From NCBI RefSeq assembly GCF_009834535.1, contig NC_045696.1, forward strand, positions 82,400,001 to 82,464,000: a DNA stretch of 64,000 bases, in the 5' to 3' direction. The DNA is from Camelus ferus (taxonomy: Eukaryota). A program made the position numbers and the translations under genes. The notes beneath the pieces were generated by a model. It had not been told where the DNA came from, made no database searches, and saw only the letters and a list, made by a program, of their open reading frames with translations. Positions 25,291 through 37,181 of the stretch are shown here, piece by piece. The stretch's first letter is position 1. Each line of letters begins with the position of its first letter.

Positions 25291-26079
25291 TTTGATAGGT
25301 GGAAGTACTTATTACAGAATCTGATATCTGGCCATTTATCTGGAAAAAAGTCTTTCACGGCCCTGTTGTGTCTTTCTTTCCCTCCATGCTGCTTCATCAT
25401 TAATTGGCTTAAGAAAATAAACTGAAACACTCACTCCCCATCTCATGGCCACTGGCCACCATTCTTCCTTATTTCTCACTCAACCCAATTCTTTGATTTG
25501 TGGGCTGGGGGTTGGGCAGTAAAACATTAAGAGACAGTCTTCTGTAATTTTCCACAGTAGGAGAAGAAGTCATTTGGCTTCTGTGGGTATAACAGAGGAA
25601 AAGTTCACCTCTGCTCCCTAGGAGGGTCCAGATGTCATGTCCTGTAACTGAAGAACCCAACTGATTTTTAAGACATGAACCTAAGATGGAGAAATTAGTT
25701 TTTAAGGGATGGATGTATTATTTGACAACATGGGGCTATCCTTGCAGGAAGGTTATTTATGTTCAGGAAACACTTGAAAATAAACATACATTATTCTGTT
25801 TATTGTCATGATTTGTATTTCTAGCAGAAGTGGTAGGTGAATAATACATAAAATTAAGTCCTGGAGACTAAAAGCGCAAAGTATGGTGATGGAATACTGA
25901 TATAACAGATTCTCCCAATAAAGTCTGAGCTAAGAACTTTATAATATCTAAATCAGTACTAGAGTCCAGGGACTGGTCAATGAATACTTGTTACTTTCAG
26001 TTAACATTGTTGGAAAAATCATCAGATAAATCGTGCTTATAAAGCATTATCTGTGGGTTATGGAGATACCTCGCTCCCA

Positions 26080-26830
26080 GTTTTTACACCTGACACTGAA
26101 GCCCAGATTCTTTAGCCTGGCCTTTGAGGGCCTCCCACTCTTGACTCAGATGGTGATTCTGAGCCCAGGTTCTGAGTTAGATTGGCCTGGGTTTGAAACC
26201 TGACTCCACTATTTACTAGCTGGGTGAAATGAAGGCAAGCCATGTAATCTCTCTGTGCCACAGTTTCCTTAATTATAGACTAAAGATACTTAGCTCATGT
26301 GAGGATTTGATGAACTAATGCATTTAAAGCACCTTAAATACAGTAAGAACTCAACCCATGTTCATTGTTAGTTTATACAATTTTCAGGCTAATTTGTCTG
26401 TCTGTCCTAGTTAGTCCATTAGACCTGACTAGTTTAATCAGTCTGCTTCTCTTACTCTCTTGTCAGCCTAGCCTTGTGTTTCCATCTTCCCACCTTTGGC
26501 CATGATGTTGCTGCAGTCTGTAAACCTACCCATACTTTGACCATCAACATCTAACTCCTTCTTTAAGATTTAGTTTAAACCCTGCCCTCTTTGTGAGGTT
26601 CATCCTTATCACTTCTGGAGGGAGAAATGATTTATCTATGTCTTTTCATTCTGATAGTATGGAATTATTTTTACCTACCATCATTTGGGTATTTTATGAT
26701 AAATTCCTTGTTTTTACTAAATATATCTTATTTTTCTAGCTAAACTGTAAAACTGCTGAACAGTCCATTTCTGTTTTGTACAGTGTGTGGTTCTTCTGTG
26801 CTTTGCATGTGGCAGATATCAGTACAATTA
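26080..26830. mobile_element. L2 remnant interrupted by a MIR (26155-26370, +)
   Basis: MIR core ctctctgtgccacagtttcc. L2-like tccttctttaagatttagtttaaa and ctaaactgtaaaactgctgaa. Confidence 0.65.
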
Positions 26831-27879
26831 GGTGATGGTGGTTAGCGATGGGCTTTGGTGGGTTATGTGAACCCCTTCAATTTCTTTGCCTGTAAAACCT
26901 GTGCAGTCAGGTAATGTCAGCGCTAGAACTCTGGAATATCTGACACTTTAATTGCATACTAAATCCACAATTGGCCTATTTTGACAGTGATAAACCACCT
27001 GGAAAGAACATTTGGAAAGTAGAGTATTGTTCCTAATTTTCACCAATAATGCTCCTCATTTTGCCAGTGCAGGTATAACCCATGGCTTCTCACTTAAATT
27101 GCACATTGTTATTGATCTACACTTGATCTTAAGGTTTATGGAAACTCGGTACTGGACGTGATTCCAGAGACTGTCAGTGGACTCAGGGTAGAGATTGTGA
27201 AACAGTTTTTGGAATCATGTAAATCCTAGGGATTAGGGGTCTAGTCAGCTTCACAAAGGTCATCAGAAGCCAATTTTTTACATAAATTCAAACCCCAATT
27301 TAGACAGTAGTAATATAGAGCATAGAAACAAGAATTTTGCTGTATATTTTAATGTATATTTATAATTGAAGTCTCTTTCAATTTAAGGCTGACAAAATGA
27401 TGATGTATGTTAAATCTTGTTTAACTGATCCACTTAATCCCACCTACCCAATGGGGCTATCTTAATTCAAATACAACCATGTCTTCTTCCTCCTCGTGAA
27501 TCCCCACACCCTACTCCCTCACCCACCATCCCACAAATCTCTCATTTCTGTGGAGAAATCAGGGATATTTGTGCCTTGGACAACTGTCCTTAAGCCTTGA
27601 ATGATTGCAGGGTTTCAATTCCTGTTAGAAGTTTTCTTCTCCCAAGACCAGCCTGGTATGACTTTTTCCCCTGCTCTTAGAAACTGCTTTTGAGGCATTG
27701 GGAGCGCCTTTAAATGAGGGCAGAGACTAAGAACCACAGTTTTATACTTTGGTGCTGATTATAGACTTCACCTTGGGCAGGAACTAGGAAATTAAGTAGT
27801 AATAAAATGTTTCATGATAAAATGATTATAAAAATGGAGGGATGGAGCAACTATCGTGGTTCCTGGTAAGGTCACAGTT

Positions 27880-28020
27880 TGTGACTTTGTTTTGAGTCTC
27901 AGACACCTGCAAGAATCTGATAAAATGTATGAAATCTCTCTCCAGAAAACGCAAATATGCATAAAAGTTTTCATATAATTTCAGTGGTTCATGGACTTCT
28001 AAATTCCAGCCAAGGTTCAC
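27880..28020. mobile_element. hAT-Charlie-type MITE fragment
   Basis: gaatctgataaaatgtatg...ctctccagaaaa...aatttcagtggttcatggac. Confidence 0.55.
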
Positions 28021-28089
28021 TCATGTCAACCAGACTTGCTGCACCCTAGTATGTTTGTCATATAATGTCTTAAAGTCTTTATAAATATT

Positions 28090-28500
28090 TTTTCACTATC
28101 TTAGAAATATTTTTTCTGACTACAAAATTCATACTTTTTCTAATAATTTAAAAACTGTAAGAATTATCATATAGAAAATGAAAGTTTTTTATAGTCCACC
28201 CTCTTTCGTCACACACTGCCTACAGATGACTACTATTCATTGTTCAGTGTAAAGTCCTGCAGGTTTTTCCTCCATGCATCTATTAGCACACACACACACA
28301 CACGTATAAATTTATAACTTTTTATGGCAACTTGCTTTTTCCTTTTTTAAAACTTAATAATATGCTTCAGACCCTTTCCCCATCAGTATGTATCAATGTA
28401 ACCCATTCTTTTAAAGGCAGCAGAGCTCCCATCGTTTGGATGAGACACATTTTTACTGAACCAGTACCCTATGGATGACATTTGGGTAGTTTCCAGTTTT
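28090..28500 (-). mobile_element. Old L1ME-type 3' fragment
   Basis: Typical antisense motif (ccctatggatgacatttgggtagtttccagtttt; caacttgctttttc). Confidence 0.7.
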
Positions 28501-30205
28501 CAGAACAGGACAGAGAAGTTCCCCAAACCAGGACTCTAAGGGAAAATGAAAGTGAAATGTACAATTAAAGGAAGCTCACAGTTCAGGGTGAAGTATGCTA
28601 GCTTTGGAGCCATGGACACAGTGGGGCTTTGGGAAGGTCATGGAGGGCTGGCTAACCCTGTCAGGACAGATCAAATTTCCAAGCATCTTTACCCCCTGGA
28701 GGTCCAAGGGTCGAAGCCCAGAGCTAAGGTCCATCTTTGTAAGATCTTCTGTGATATATCAGTGATATTTCAAGCCTCCTGGATTATTCTGGAACTCATA
28801 TTTATGCCCCATTTCCATTTTCTCCAGCAGCTCAGAACAGGCTGTAGTTGAAATGAATCCATATACCCCTAACTGGATAAGGATAAGTTAAGTTGTCAGG
28901 GTTTCAAATCTCCAGTTTTTGTTTTTGTCTTTAAATTGTGATTTCTTTGTTTGCGCATATGTTATCACACGCTCGTATCCTGTATCTACAGCTTAAGCTA
29001 ACTGATGTGACTAGATAAATGCAGCTGATCAAAAGTTTTTGATGTTCTTTAAAAAAATTACTCACAATAATTTCTAACCTATGAATTGGAAAGACCATTT
29101 TTATAGGAAAATGTTTTTCACTGGGTAACCAGGCTATGGGAAAACTTTTATAATGGAAACTATCTCTTACTTTTAACTATAGCATCAAAAATATGACAGT
29201 ATAATGTTACACACGAAAGCCCATCAGATGCAAAATTCCAGTTTTTGATTATAAGTTATAAACCAGGATAGAGAGACTTCTGAAAAGTGGTTTTCTTTGG
29301 CAATGATGTTGTTGATTAAATATAAAAAATTCAGAAAAAGTTATTTCAGCCCATTCCTTTACACAGAAGGTTACACAAATGGAATAGCTGGGTTTGGGTT
29401 CTAGCGGAAACAACTTTGCTTATTAAAACTTATTGGATTGTGTTAGATTAAAAACACACTAGATATTTTAGATTGGATTTGAAAAGGCACCATTAAAGGA
29501 ATCAAAATTTAGTCATCTAAATCTTTTTAAGAAATAATTTACTTTGCAATTTTGATACCTTAAAGTATTTGTTCCAAATTCAAATTTTTTTCATGGTTGC
29601 TTAAAAGTTGCTCCATGGGACATTACTCTTGTTAACATTTTCAAAGCATATTTTAAATGAGCTCAATCAAATCGAGTCAATAAATTGTTATTGAGTGCCT
29701 AGTATATATAAGGCATGATGAACAAAATCCTGGAAACATTCACTTTCTAGAAAATGTTGAATGTCAGCATTTGATAGACATACATATACCCCTGACAGTG
29801 GTTTATTAACCGAGACAAAGATCACTGTATGCCTGTTGCTGGTTATCAGTGACTACAGTGTGGTTTCATGAGCCTGGAATACTGAATCCTATGCCTGACT
29901 CTTCTCCACATATTTTGTTAACATTGTGAAGCCACACAGCCAATAAGCTGCAGTGCCATTCCTAGCATTTGGGGGTCTTCCACCTGAAAATAATAGCATA
30001 TTTCATTTCTCTTCATACCTGTCAGATGCAGGGGTCATTGCTTGCCTCACTGAATTAGTTACGCATTAATGCTACGGTTTTCATTCAAGATACTTGAAAA
30101 CAAAACCAGGTCCTTATAAATACTTGCTGTTGGTGACTATCACTTACCCATTCAGTCAACAACAGTTTATCAAGCACCTGTAATTCTAGGTGAAGGGAAG
30201 GTGGC

Positions 30206-30208
<3 letters not shown>

Positions 30209-30250
<42 letters not shown>
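30209..30250 (+). repeat. (AC)21 microsatellite inside an L2 remnant
   Basis: Read directly. Confidence 0.95.
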
Positions 30251-30254
<4 letters not shown>

Positions 30255-32434
30255 GCTAGGCCCCTGCCCACGGGGAACTCCCATTCTGAGGGAAATAGAT
30301 GTGTATGGTCATATATTTCCAGATGTTGACTTTGCCATGAAGAAGACAAAGTAGGGTAACTTACTAGAGAGCACCCAATGGACTTATTTTAGAAGGGTGG
30401 TCAGAGAAGACCTCCCTGAGGAGCTAACTCTGACAGAGAGCAATGTGAGGAGATGTTTATTAAGTGTTTGAGGTGCAGCACATTGTCCCTTAGAGAATGA
30501 CAGGCATATTCGACCTGCCTTGTTCTCTAGAGCAGAAGCAGACCAGGTGTAAAAGTGCTGTAATGGGTTTCATCTTGTCGAGTGCACTTACGGATACCAC
30601 GTGTGCCTGTTGCTGGTTCCACAGCCTTGGAGCCAGCACACAGGTTTTTGTGTATCTTCCTTTATGGATGGAGGAAGTGGGAATTTTGAGTTTGATTTCT
30701 GAACACTAGGTTAGTAGAAGCATCAGAGAGCAAATTAGGTTTCTGGACACATAATTCAGTCCAGTTAAACAAATATTTATTGAATACCTATTTAACAGCC
30801 TGAGCCTAGCACTGTGTTGGGCACATACAAGGAGAAATAAAATCGGTTTCCTGCCCTTGAGGAATTACAGACTATTGGGAGCAACAGAACCCATGAACAC
30901 ATGTTTTCAGTATCATGGACTAAGTGCAAACTCAAGGGGAAAAGCCCTACTTTTGTTGAGTCATGATGATCTGGACAGTATGACTGATGGCGTACCCTGT
31001 TTCACATCTGTCCTGGAAAAAAATTCTTTAACCAATATTCCTCTAAGCTCAGAAAAAAAAAATACATGTTTCAAATTTGAGGGTTAAAATTTTGCATGTG
31101 TATAATGCATTTTAAGACATACTTCTAAATTTATCTTCAGAGCCTTCAAATGCTTAGCATGGAGGATATTTGTATACTGGATGGGCAATTAAATGTTTCC
31201 CGAAAGGTCCACCCATCACATTTGTCTGTGGTTAGGGAAACGCTGATTGCAGTAATGGGGTAAGATACAGAGTGTGACTGAGGTGTATGTTCCACAGTCT
31301 TGTGTCTGCACCTGCTCAAAATACAGTTCCCACACTCACTGGTTTTAGTGTATTTCATCCCTTGTGCAGCTAGAGCGACCCTTCAAATCACAGTTCAAGA
31401 TGAAGTTCATTTTGGAGTCTCTCCAAGAGTTTCTTCCAAATCCTGTCCACTTGTAGCTCTGTCTGAGAGTGAAGATCTGATGCCCAGATTGAAGTCTGCA
31501 TGGTTTCAAACTGTGCATCTTGCTTTTAGGCTCAGTTTTTAATCCAGTAGAAGATAGTGCTACCGAAAGACTGACAGGAGCACAGAGAACTGGCTCATCT
31601 CTCAGGTTGGCGTGTGATTTTCTTGTTTGTAAAACAGAAGTAAGAATAAAAAGTACGATTCTCTTTTCCAATTCTCTTTGCTAAACAGCTTGCTGTGCTG
31701 TGTGTATGTGTCCTAGCTAATGTTCTAGCCACTAGGCTTGGCAGGGAAGTCAGTGCATCCAACATCCTTAGTGCTGGACACAGTTTGAAATCCTTAGCAA
31801 ACTCCCCATTTGCCTAAATGTGTAAGATGCTAGTAATTTCAGCATCCTGTTGATAATGCTGTGACATTAAAACACCAGCATAGATGTTTGACTCATGAAG
31901 AAGCATCATATCTTTGTTTCTTTAACCTAAAAATACTGGGTGGGTGAATCTGAAGAGGATGGGAAATGTCAAGGTAAAAAGCATTATGCATCCAGGGCTT
32001 TCAAAGAGCTCATGATCTGTGTATTGGATCTCTTCTCCTGTCCTTGAGTGATAGTAATCTCTTAGTCACCAAGGTTTTACTCTCAAGAAAAGAAAATATT
32101 CTGATACCTAATACAATGAGCTGCACCTTAGGAAACTTTCCAAGTGAATCTGTGGCATTGGCCAGGACTTGTAGACTGCTTCCAGGGTGTGTGGAACATG
32201 ACCATTTATTTCCTTCTATGTCTTCTGTGTGATTTGCCTGGATGATATCATAACATCTCATTATGTAGACTTGACATTAGGAATAATCTTCCTAAGAGAA
32301 AAATGCTTTCTGCATCATTTTAAGCTCTATCTACTTCGAAGATAAGTTCTTATTTTCTTTTTAGGTGTGATCATCTCGAAAGTTCCGAATATTTTGGGTA
32401 CCATGGTCATTTCTGGTGAGTGATGCTGGTCAGG

Positions 32435-33045
32435 GAGTCAGGACATAGTTTGAATCCCAACTTTGCTACTCATCAACCCAGTGTCCTTGGTCAGGGCTCA
32501 ATGTCCTCAAGTATTAGATAGGAACAATAACTTCCTCTGCTTTGGCTTCCTCCAGACAAGTAATGTTTAAATAAGATGACATATGGGTAAACTTTTATAA
32601 GCTGTAATAAGCTGTGTAAATTTAATGTGCTATTAAAAATTCTAAAAATTATAGAACATTAAAAATGCTAGGGAGGGATTATCTTAAGGTAGACTCTGGA
32701 GCCACATTGTTTAGGCTGGCATTTTGGCTCTACTGTTACCAAGCTGTGTGGTCATGGACAAACTATTTAGCCTCTCTGTGCCTCAGTTTCTTCATCTGTA
32801 AAATAGAGATAATTTACGACAACAATTAGTAATAATACTAGTGAAGATTATTGAGCATACATGGGTTGTGAGGTTAATTCTCACACCTCTGTGAGGTAGA
32901 GGTTACTGTTCTCTTGGTTCTGAGATGAGGGCACTGGGGACATGTGAGTCATTCACCCTAGTCCTCTCAAGTGCAGAGCTAGGTCCAGCCTGGATTTGCT
33001 TTATACCAAAGCCTGAGAACTTAATCCGAAGACTCCACTGCCTTA
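32435..33045. mobile_element. Cluster of three MIRs (+, +, -)
   Basis: Cores at ~32450-32520, ~32695-32810 (cctctctgtgcctcagtttcttcatctgtaaaat) and an antisense copy at ~32880-33045. Confidence 0.8.
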
Positions 33046-33777
33046 TTTTTTTCATCCAGAAATAAAAGTGGAACATTACAGTGCTTGAGCATTCCAGAGC
33101 TCATAAACAGTAATAAGATTTTGGATAGAGGACACCTTAATTTAAAGAAGTGATTTCATACAACTCCTAGTAAACAGAAATTTTGCCACAGTTTATATGA
33201 GTAATCTTCTCTGTGACAAGGGCTGGTTGTCTCTTTGTCTTATACTTTCTTCCCAGAGTTGTCTGCAGTATGGTTTTACATCACTTTCTGTTTTTAGTTT
33301 TCTTTAGAGAACTCTACAAATCTTTGTTGAATGGATGAATCAGGAGAGATTTCATTACTTCATTGCCTGAAATCACAAGCTAATTACACTTTACAACTTA
33401 CCAGTGATGGTGCTGGATTCAGATTCCCATTTTCTGAACAATGCACTGTTGCTGTAAATTTGCCCAAGGTCAGCAGCGTATTTTTAAGGCAAGAAAAGCA
33501 AGCCACAACTTTATGAGTTTTTTCCTTTGTGCACAGCATCTGAAACTAAGTCCCATTCACCCATCCTCAGCTTTGTTTTAATATCCAGATTACTTGGACC
33601 TTGCAATGAGGTATTTGGCTAGTTGCATCATTGAATAATCTGTGGGATTTAAATAAAAAGAAGGCTAATAAGATCTCAGTTCTAGCCCTATTTTTTTTTT
33701 TTTTTTTTTTGGTTTGCTTTCTATGTTGGGGGAGAGGGCAGTGGACGAGTTAAGAGATGATACAATGATTCAAATAT

Positions 33778-33880
33778 GGCCACATAGAATTACTTGGAGA
33801 GCTTAAATATACCAGTGTCTGGGATCCACCCCAAACCAATTACATCAGAATCTCTGGGGGTGGGGCTTAGGCAGTGGGGA
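33778..33880. mobile_element. MER5A fragment
   Basis: gaattacttggagagcttaaa...catcagaatctctgggggtgggg. Confidence 0.7.
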
Positions 33881-34607
33881 GCAGTGAGTCCTGGATATAA
33901 GGAAACTGGGAAGAAGGAGGTCATTTTGATTAAAGAATTAGGGAGATAGCAGCGATAGTAAGGTGGCTCCAAATGCTACCTTTGGGGGTGATGCCAGGTC
34001 TGCGTACATCTTAATATATGGCTTCCTTTCAGTTTTCACAGGTACAGAATTGGAATCTGAGAATATTCTCTTAGCATTTAGCTCCATGAACTTGCTTTCT
34101 GCCTGTAGTTTCTGGCCTTTGTAGCAGTAACACATGAGAGCTTTCTAGTTGTGAATGGCCATTGTTAGCGAGACTTCATCACAGAGAATGGATGATCTTT
34201 TGAGAGTCCAGGAGCACTGACATCTTTTTGACCGTTTTGATCTGGTAGCCATTTCTGAGGAGACAATAATGTTTTTCAGTTTAAAAAACAACAACAGAAA
34301 CAACCTGAACAGAGACAGAATCAGCAGCTGCTTTGTGAGAGAGCATTTCCAGATTGCTAGTCTCTTTGGTCTTTTGGTTTTCTAGAATCCCAGACACAAA
34401 TGCTTCTACCAACCTTCCCATGCAAAGAGAGTGCTGGAATCCAATTCCAGAGTAGGCTGGGAGGGAAAACAGAAACATGAATTGTGAAAAAATAGATGTC
34501 TCTACTCAGAAATGTTAAAAAAGCAGAGTATGCTTTCAGGTAGGTATTGTGCTATATTTTAAGAATTTGGATGTTGAAGGCCAGTGACCCTTATGCCTGG
34601 CTGGTTT

Positions 34608-35118
34608 AAAAAAATTTTTTTATTGGAGTATAGTCAGTTTACAATGTTGTGTCAATTTCTGGTGTACAGCATAATGCTTCAGTCATACATGAGCATACAT
34701 ATATTTATTTTCATATTCTTCTTCACCATACCTTACTACAAGATACTGAACATAGTTTCCTGTGCTTTACAGTAAGAACTTGTTGTTTATCTATTTTATG
34801 TATATGAGTTAGTATCTACAAATCTCAAACTTCCAATTTATCCTGTCCCACCCCATTCCCCCACTGGTAACCATAAATTTGTTTTCTATGTCTGTGAGTC
34901 TGTTTCTGTTTTCTAAATAAGTTTGTTTGTCTTTTTTTTTTTTTTTTAGATTCCACATATAAGTGATATCATGTGGTATTTTTCTCTTACTGGCTTACTT
35001 CACTTAGAATGATGATCTCTAGTCCATCCATGTTGCTGCAAATGGCATTATTTTATTATTTTTTATGGCTGAGTAGAATTTATGGAAACAACCTAAATGT
35101 CCGTCGACAGATGACTGG
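34608..35118 (-). mobile_element. L1 3' end with a short inverted 5' arm and 15-bp TSD
   Basis: Antisense L1 3' UTR/ORF2 end at 34608-35080 and a sense L1 arm at 35081-35120. TSD atgcctggctggttt at 34593-34607 and 35119-35133. Confidence 0.93.
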
Positions 35119-37034
35119 ATGCCTGGCTGGTTTTAATCAATGCTATCAGTCACTCACTTCCATATACAGGAAGATACATTAAATAAACGTGTGGATGTTG
35201 TTGGATGGTCCAGGTATGTTCAGTTGCACCTGAGTGCACATTGGCTCAATGTGTCCAATGGTTTTGGAGGTTTCGCTGAGCTCAGTGGGATGGACACCAA
35301 AACAGACCATGTTAAGAAACATAGATGTTTGTGTGTACTTGTAGAAGGAGAATGGCTTTACTGAAAAACAGGATTAAACCAGCAACAAGGCATAAGTGTG
35401 TATTTATAAGATGTGTTTTTGTGTAGATCTTTGGATACTTGAGGGACCCTCTTTCAGTTTAATTTAAGTTGTGTATTTCAAACTTATTAACCATGTTTCC
35501 CAAATCCTCTGAGGAATTTCATTTGGATTCTGCCGCTTATTTCGATGATGATGAATCTAATTGCCCCCTTTGTTTTTTCTTTCAAAACGAGCCCTCACAT
35601 TTTCTGATTTTCAGAATTTTCTTCGAACCAGGTGTAAAGGGATAAGGTGGTTCAGTCGTTTGAAAAAGAGAATAAAGCCATGTTTTCATAAGAGCTTTTG
35701 AATGTTTATTTTGATTATAATGCCAGTGTAAGATGAATATAAAATATAAAATGCCGGGAACCTGAGAGTATAATATTCTAGCCTCAGGAGTGGGGCTATA
35801 GAAGCACACATATTTGAGATAATCTGTGTATTTTAAGAGCATTATAAGCTGCAGTGCAAAAGGGGGTTTTGCAGCAAAATATATGGTCAATGAGAGAAAA
35901 TAGAATGATTCTTTTCTGCAGCTGAGGCTTGAAATAAGGAAGATGAGGGTAACTTTTTCCAGGCCACCCATATGAGAGGCGTGGAACAGGGAAGCGATTG
36001 CTCAGCTACCAGACTGCACAGACCCATTGCTATCAGAGGAAGCTTTGTGACTTATTTTATGGGAGTGGAGCATCTTTAGTGAAGGACCGTCTTTTTCATT
36101 ATGCAGAAATTACTCATTTCATTCTCACCCTAGTAAATGTTGCTTCTGCTGTAGATCTACTTAAATGCCACAGGAGATAAAATAGGAGATCCCCCTGGAG
36201 ATGAAGGCGCAGCGCTAGGCCAGGGCTGTCGTGGTGGAAGGAAGCTTCCATTTGGGGAATGATTTCGTATGAAGGATTCTTTTAATAATTTTATATGTGA
36301 CCTATTTCTCCCTTTGGCAGCTTCTGTTTTGAGAGTAAGCAGAAGGAAATGGTAGTAATAACAAAATTGGTTTTTGCTCATTCACACTTTTCTGCCATTC
36401 GGATTATGGGAGTCGTGAGGTGGGAGACCGGATGGCAGCAGCAAGGATGTGGAAGAAAAACAGAGGGGTGTAGGAGGGAGAGGATGTGCAAGGCAGAGCA
36501 AACCGGATGTGCTCCTAAGAGGATTTGTTTAGAAAACACTGTGCTAAGAGTTCAGTATTTAAACATTCATATTTGGGGATTCACACGTCTCTGTGAGTAG
36601 TTCTGTGAAAAGAAAGTTTAGTAAAAGCAGATTGATGACTGAGGTAATTTAATTAGACCCTGGCTTCATAAATATGCAATGTGATTTGAATGAGAATTTG
36701 AATATTTCGATTTCCTGAGAAAAATGGCAATTTGGTTTGTTTCAGAGCTGGTTGCAGATATTTCCACCCTGGGATGTAAGTGGGTAAAATAATGGGGTGA
36801 TTTAACAATTAGAAGAAAGGCAAAATTTGATTGGCCAATTACAGTAAACATTTGTAGCTATTCCTTACTCTCCCTTCCAGCTTTGACTCTCTTTTCCAGT
36901 TTCCTGCACCACGCCTTCTAGAATAGCTTTGAGAGGTGCTATTAGGTTTATGGCTCACTGATAATTTCACACTGCCCTAAATCCTTTGCATGGTGGTTTA
37001 CCAGCACTCCCAGAGCAAACTATTAAGGCCTTAT

Positions 37035-37181
37035 GGGCAAAGGGTATAGCTTAAGTGGTAGAGCACATACTTAGCATGCCCGAGGTCCTAGGTTCAATCC
37101 CCAGTACCTCCTCTAAAAGTAAATAAACCTAATTACCTCCCCCCTCACCAAAATAAAATAATTAAATAATATAATAAAAAG
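37035..37181 (+). mobile_element. tRNA-Ala-derived camelid SINE (Vic-1 type)
   Basis: gggtatagcttaagtggtagagc...ggttcaatccccagtacctcc, with the same aaacctaattac body as the copy at 3465 and an A-rich tail. Degenerate TSD taaggccttat / taagactttat. Confidence 0.9.

Noticed and set aside
34531..34545. ctttcag|gtaggt recursive-site-like motif (similar one at ~59345)
   Set aside because: Pyrimidine tract is short and I saw no matching downstream exon-defining donor; expected by chance.
37041..37111. tRNA-Ala-like sequence (also at ~3535-3605)
   Set aside because: Continues into a SINE body and A tail with TSDs and has stem mismatches, so it is a SINE head rather than a tRNA gene.
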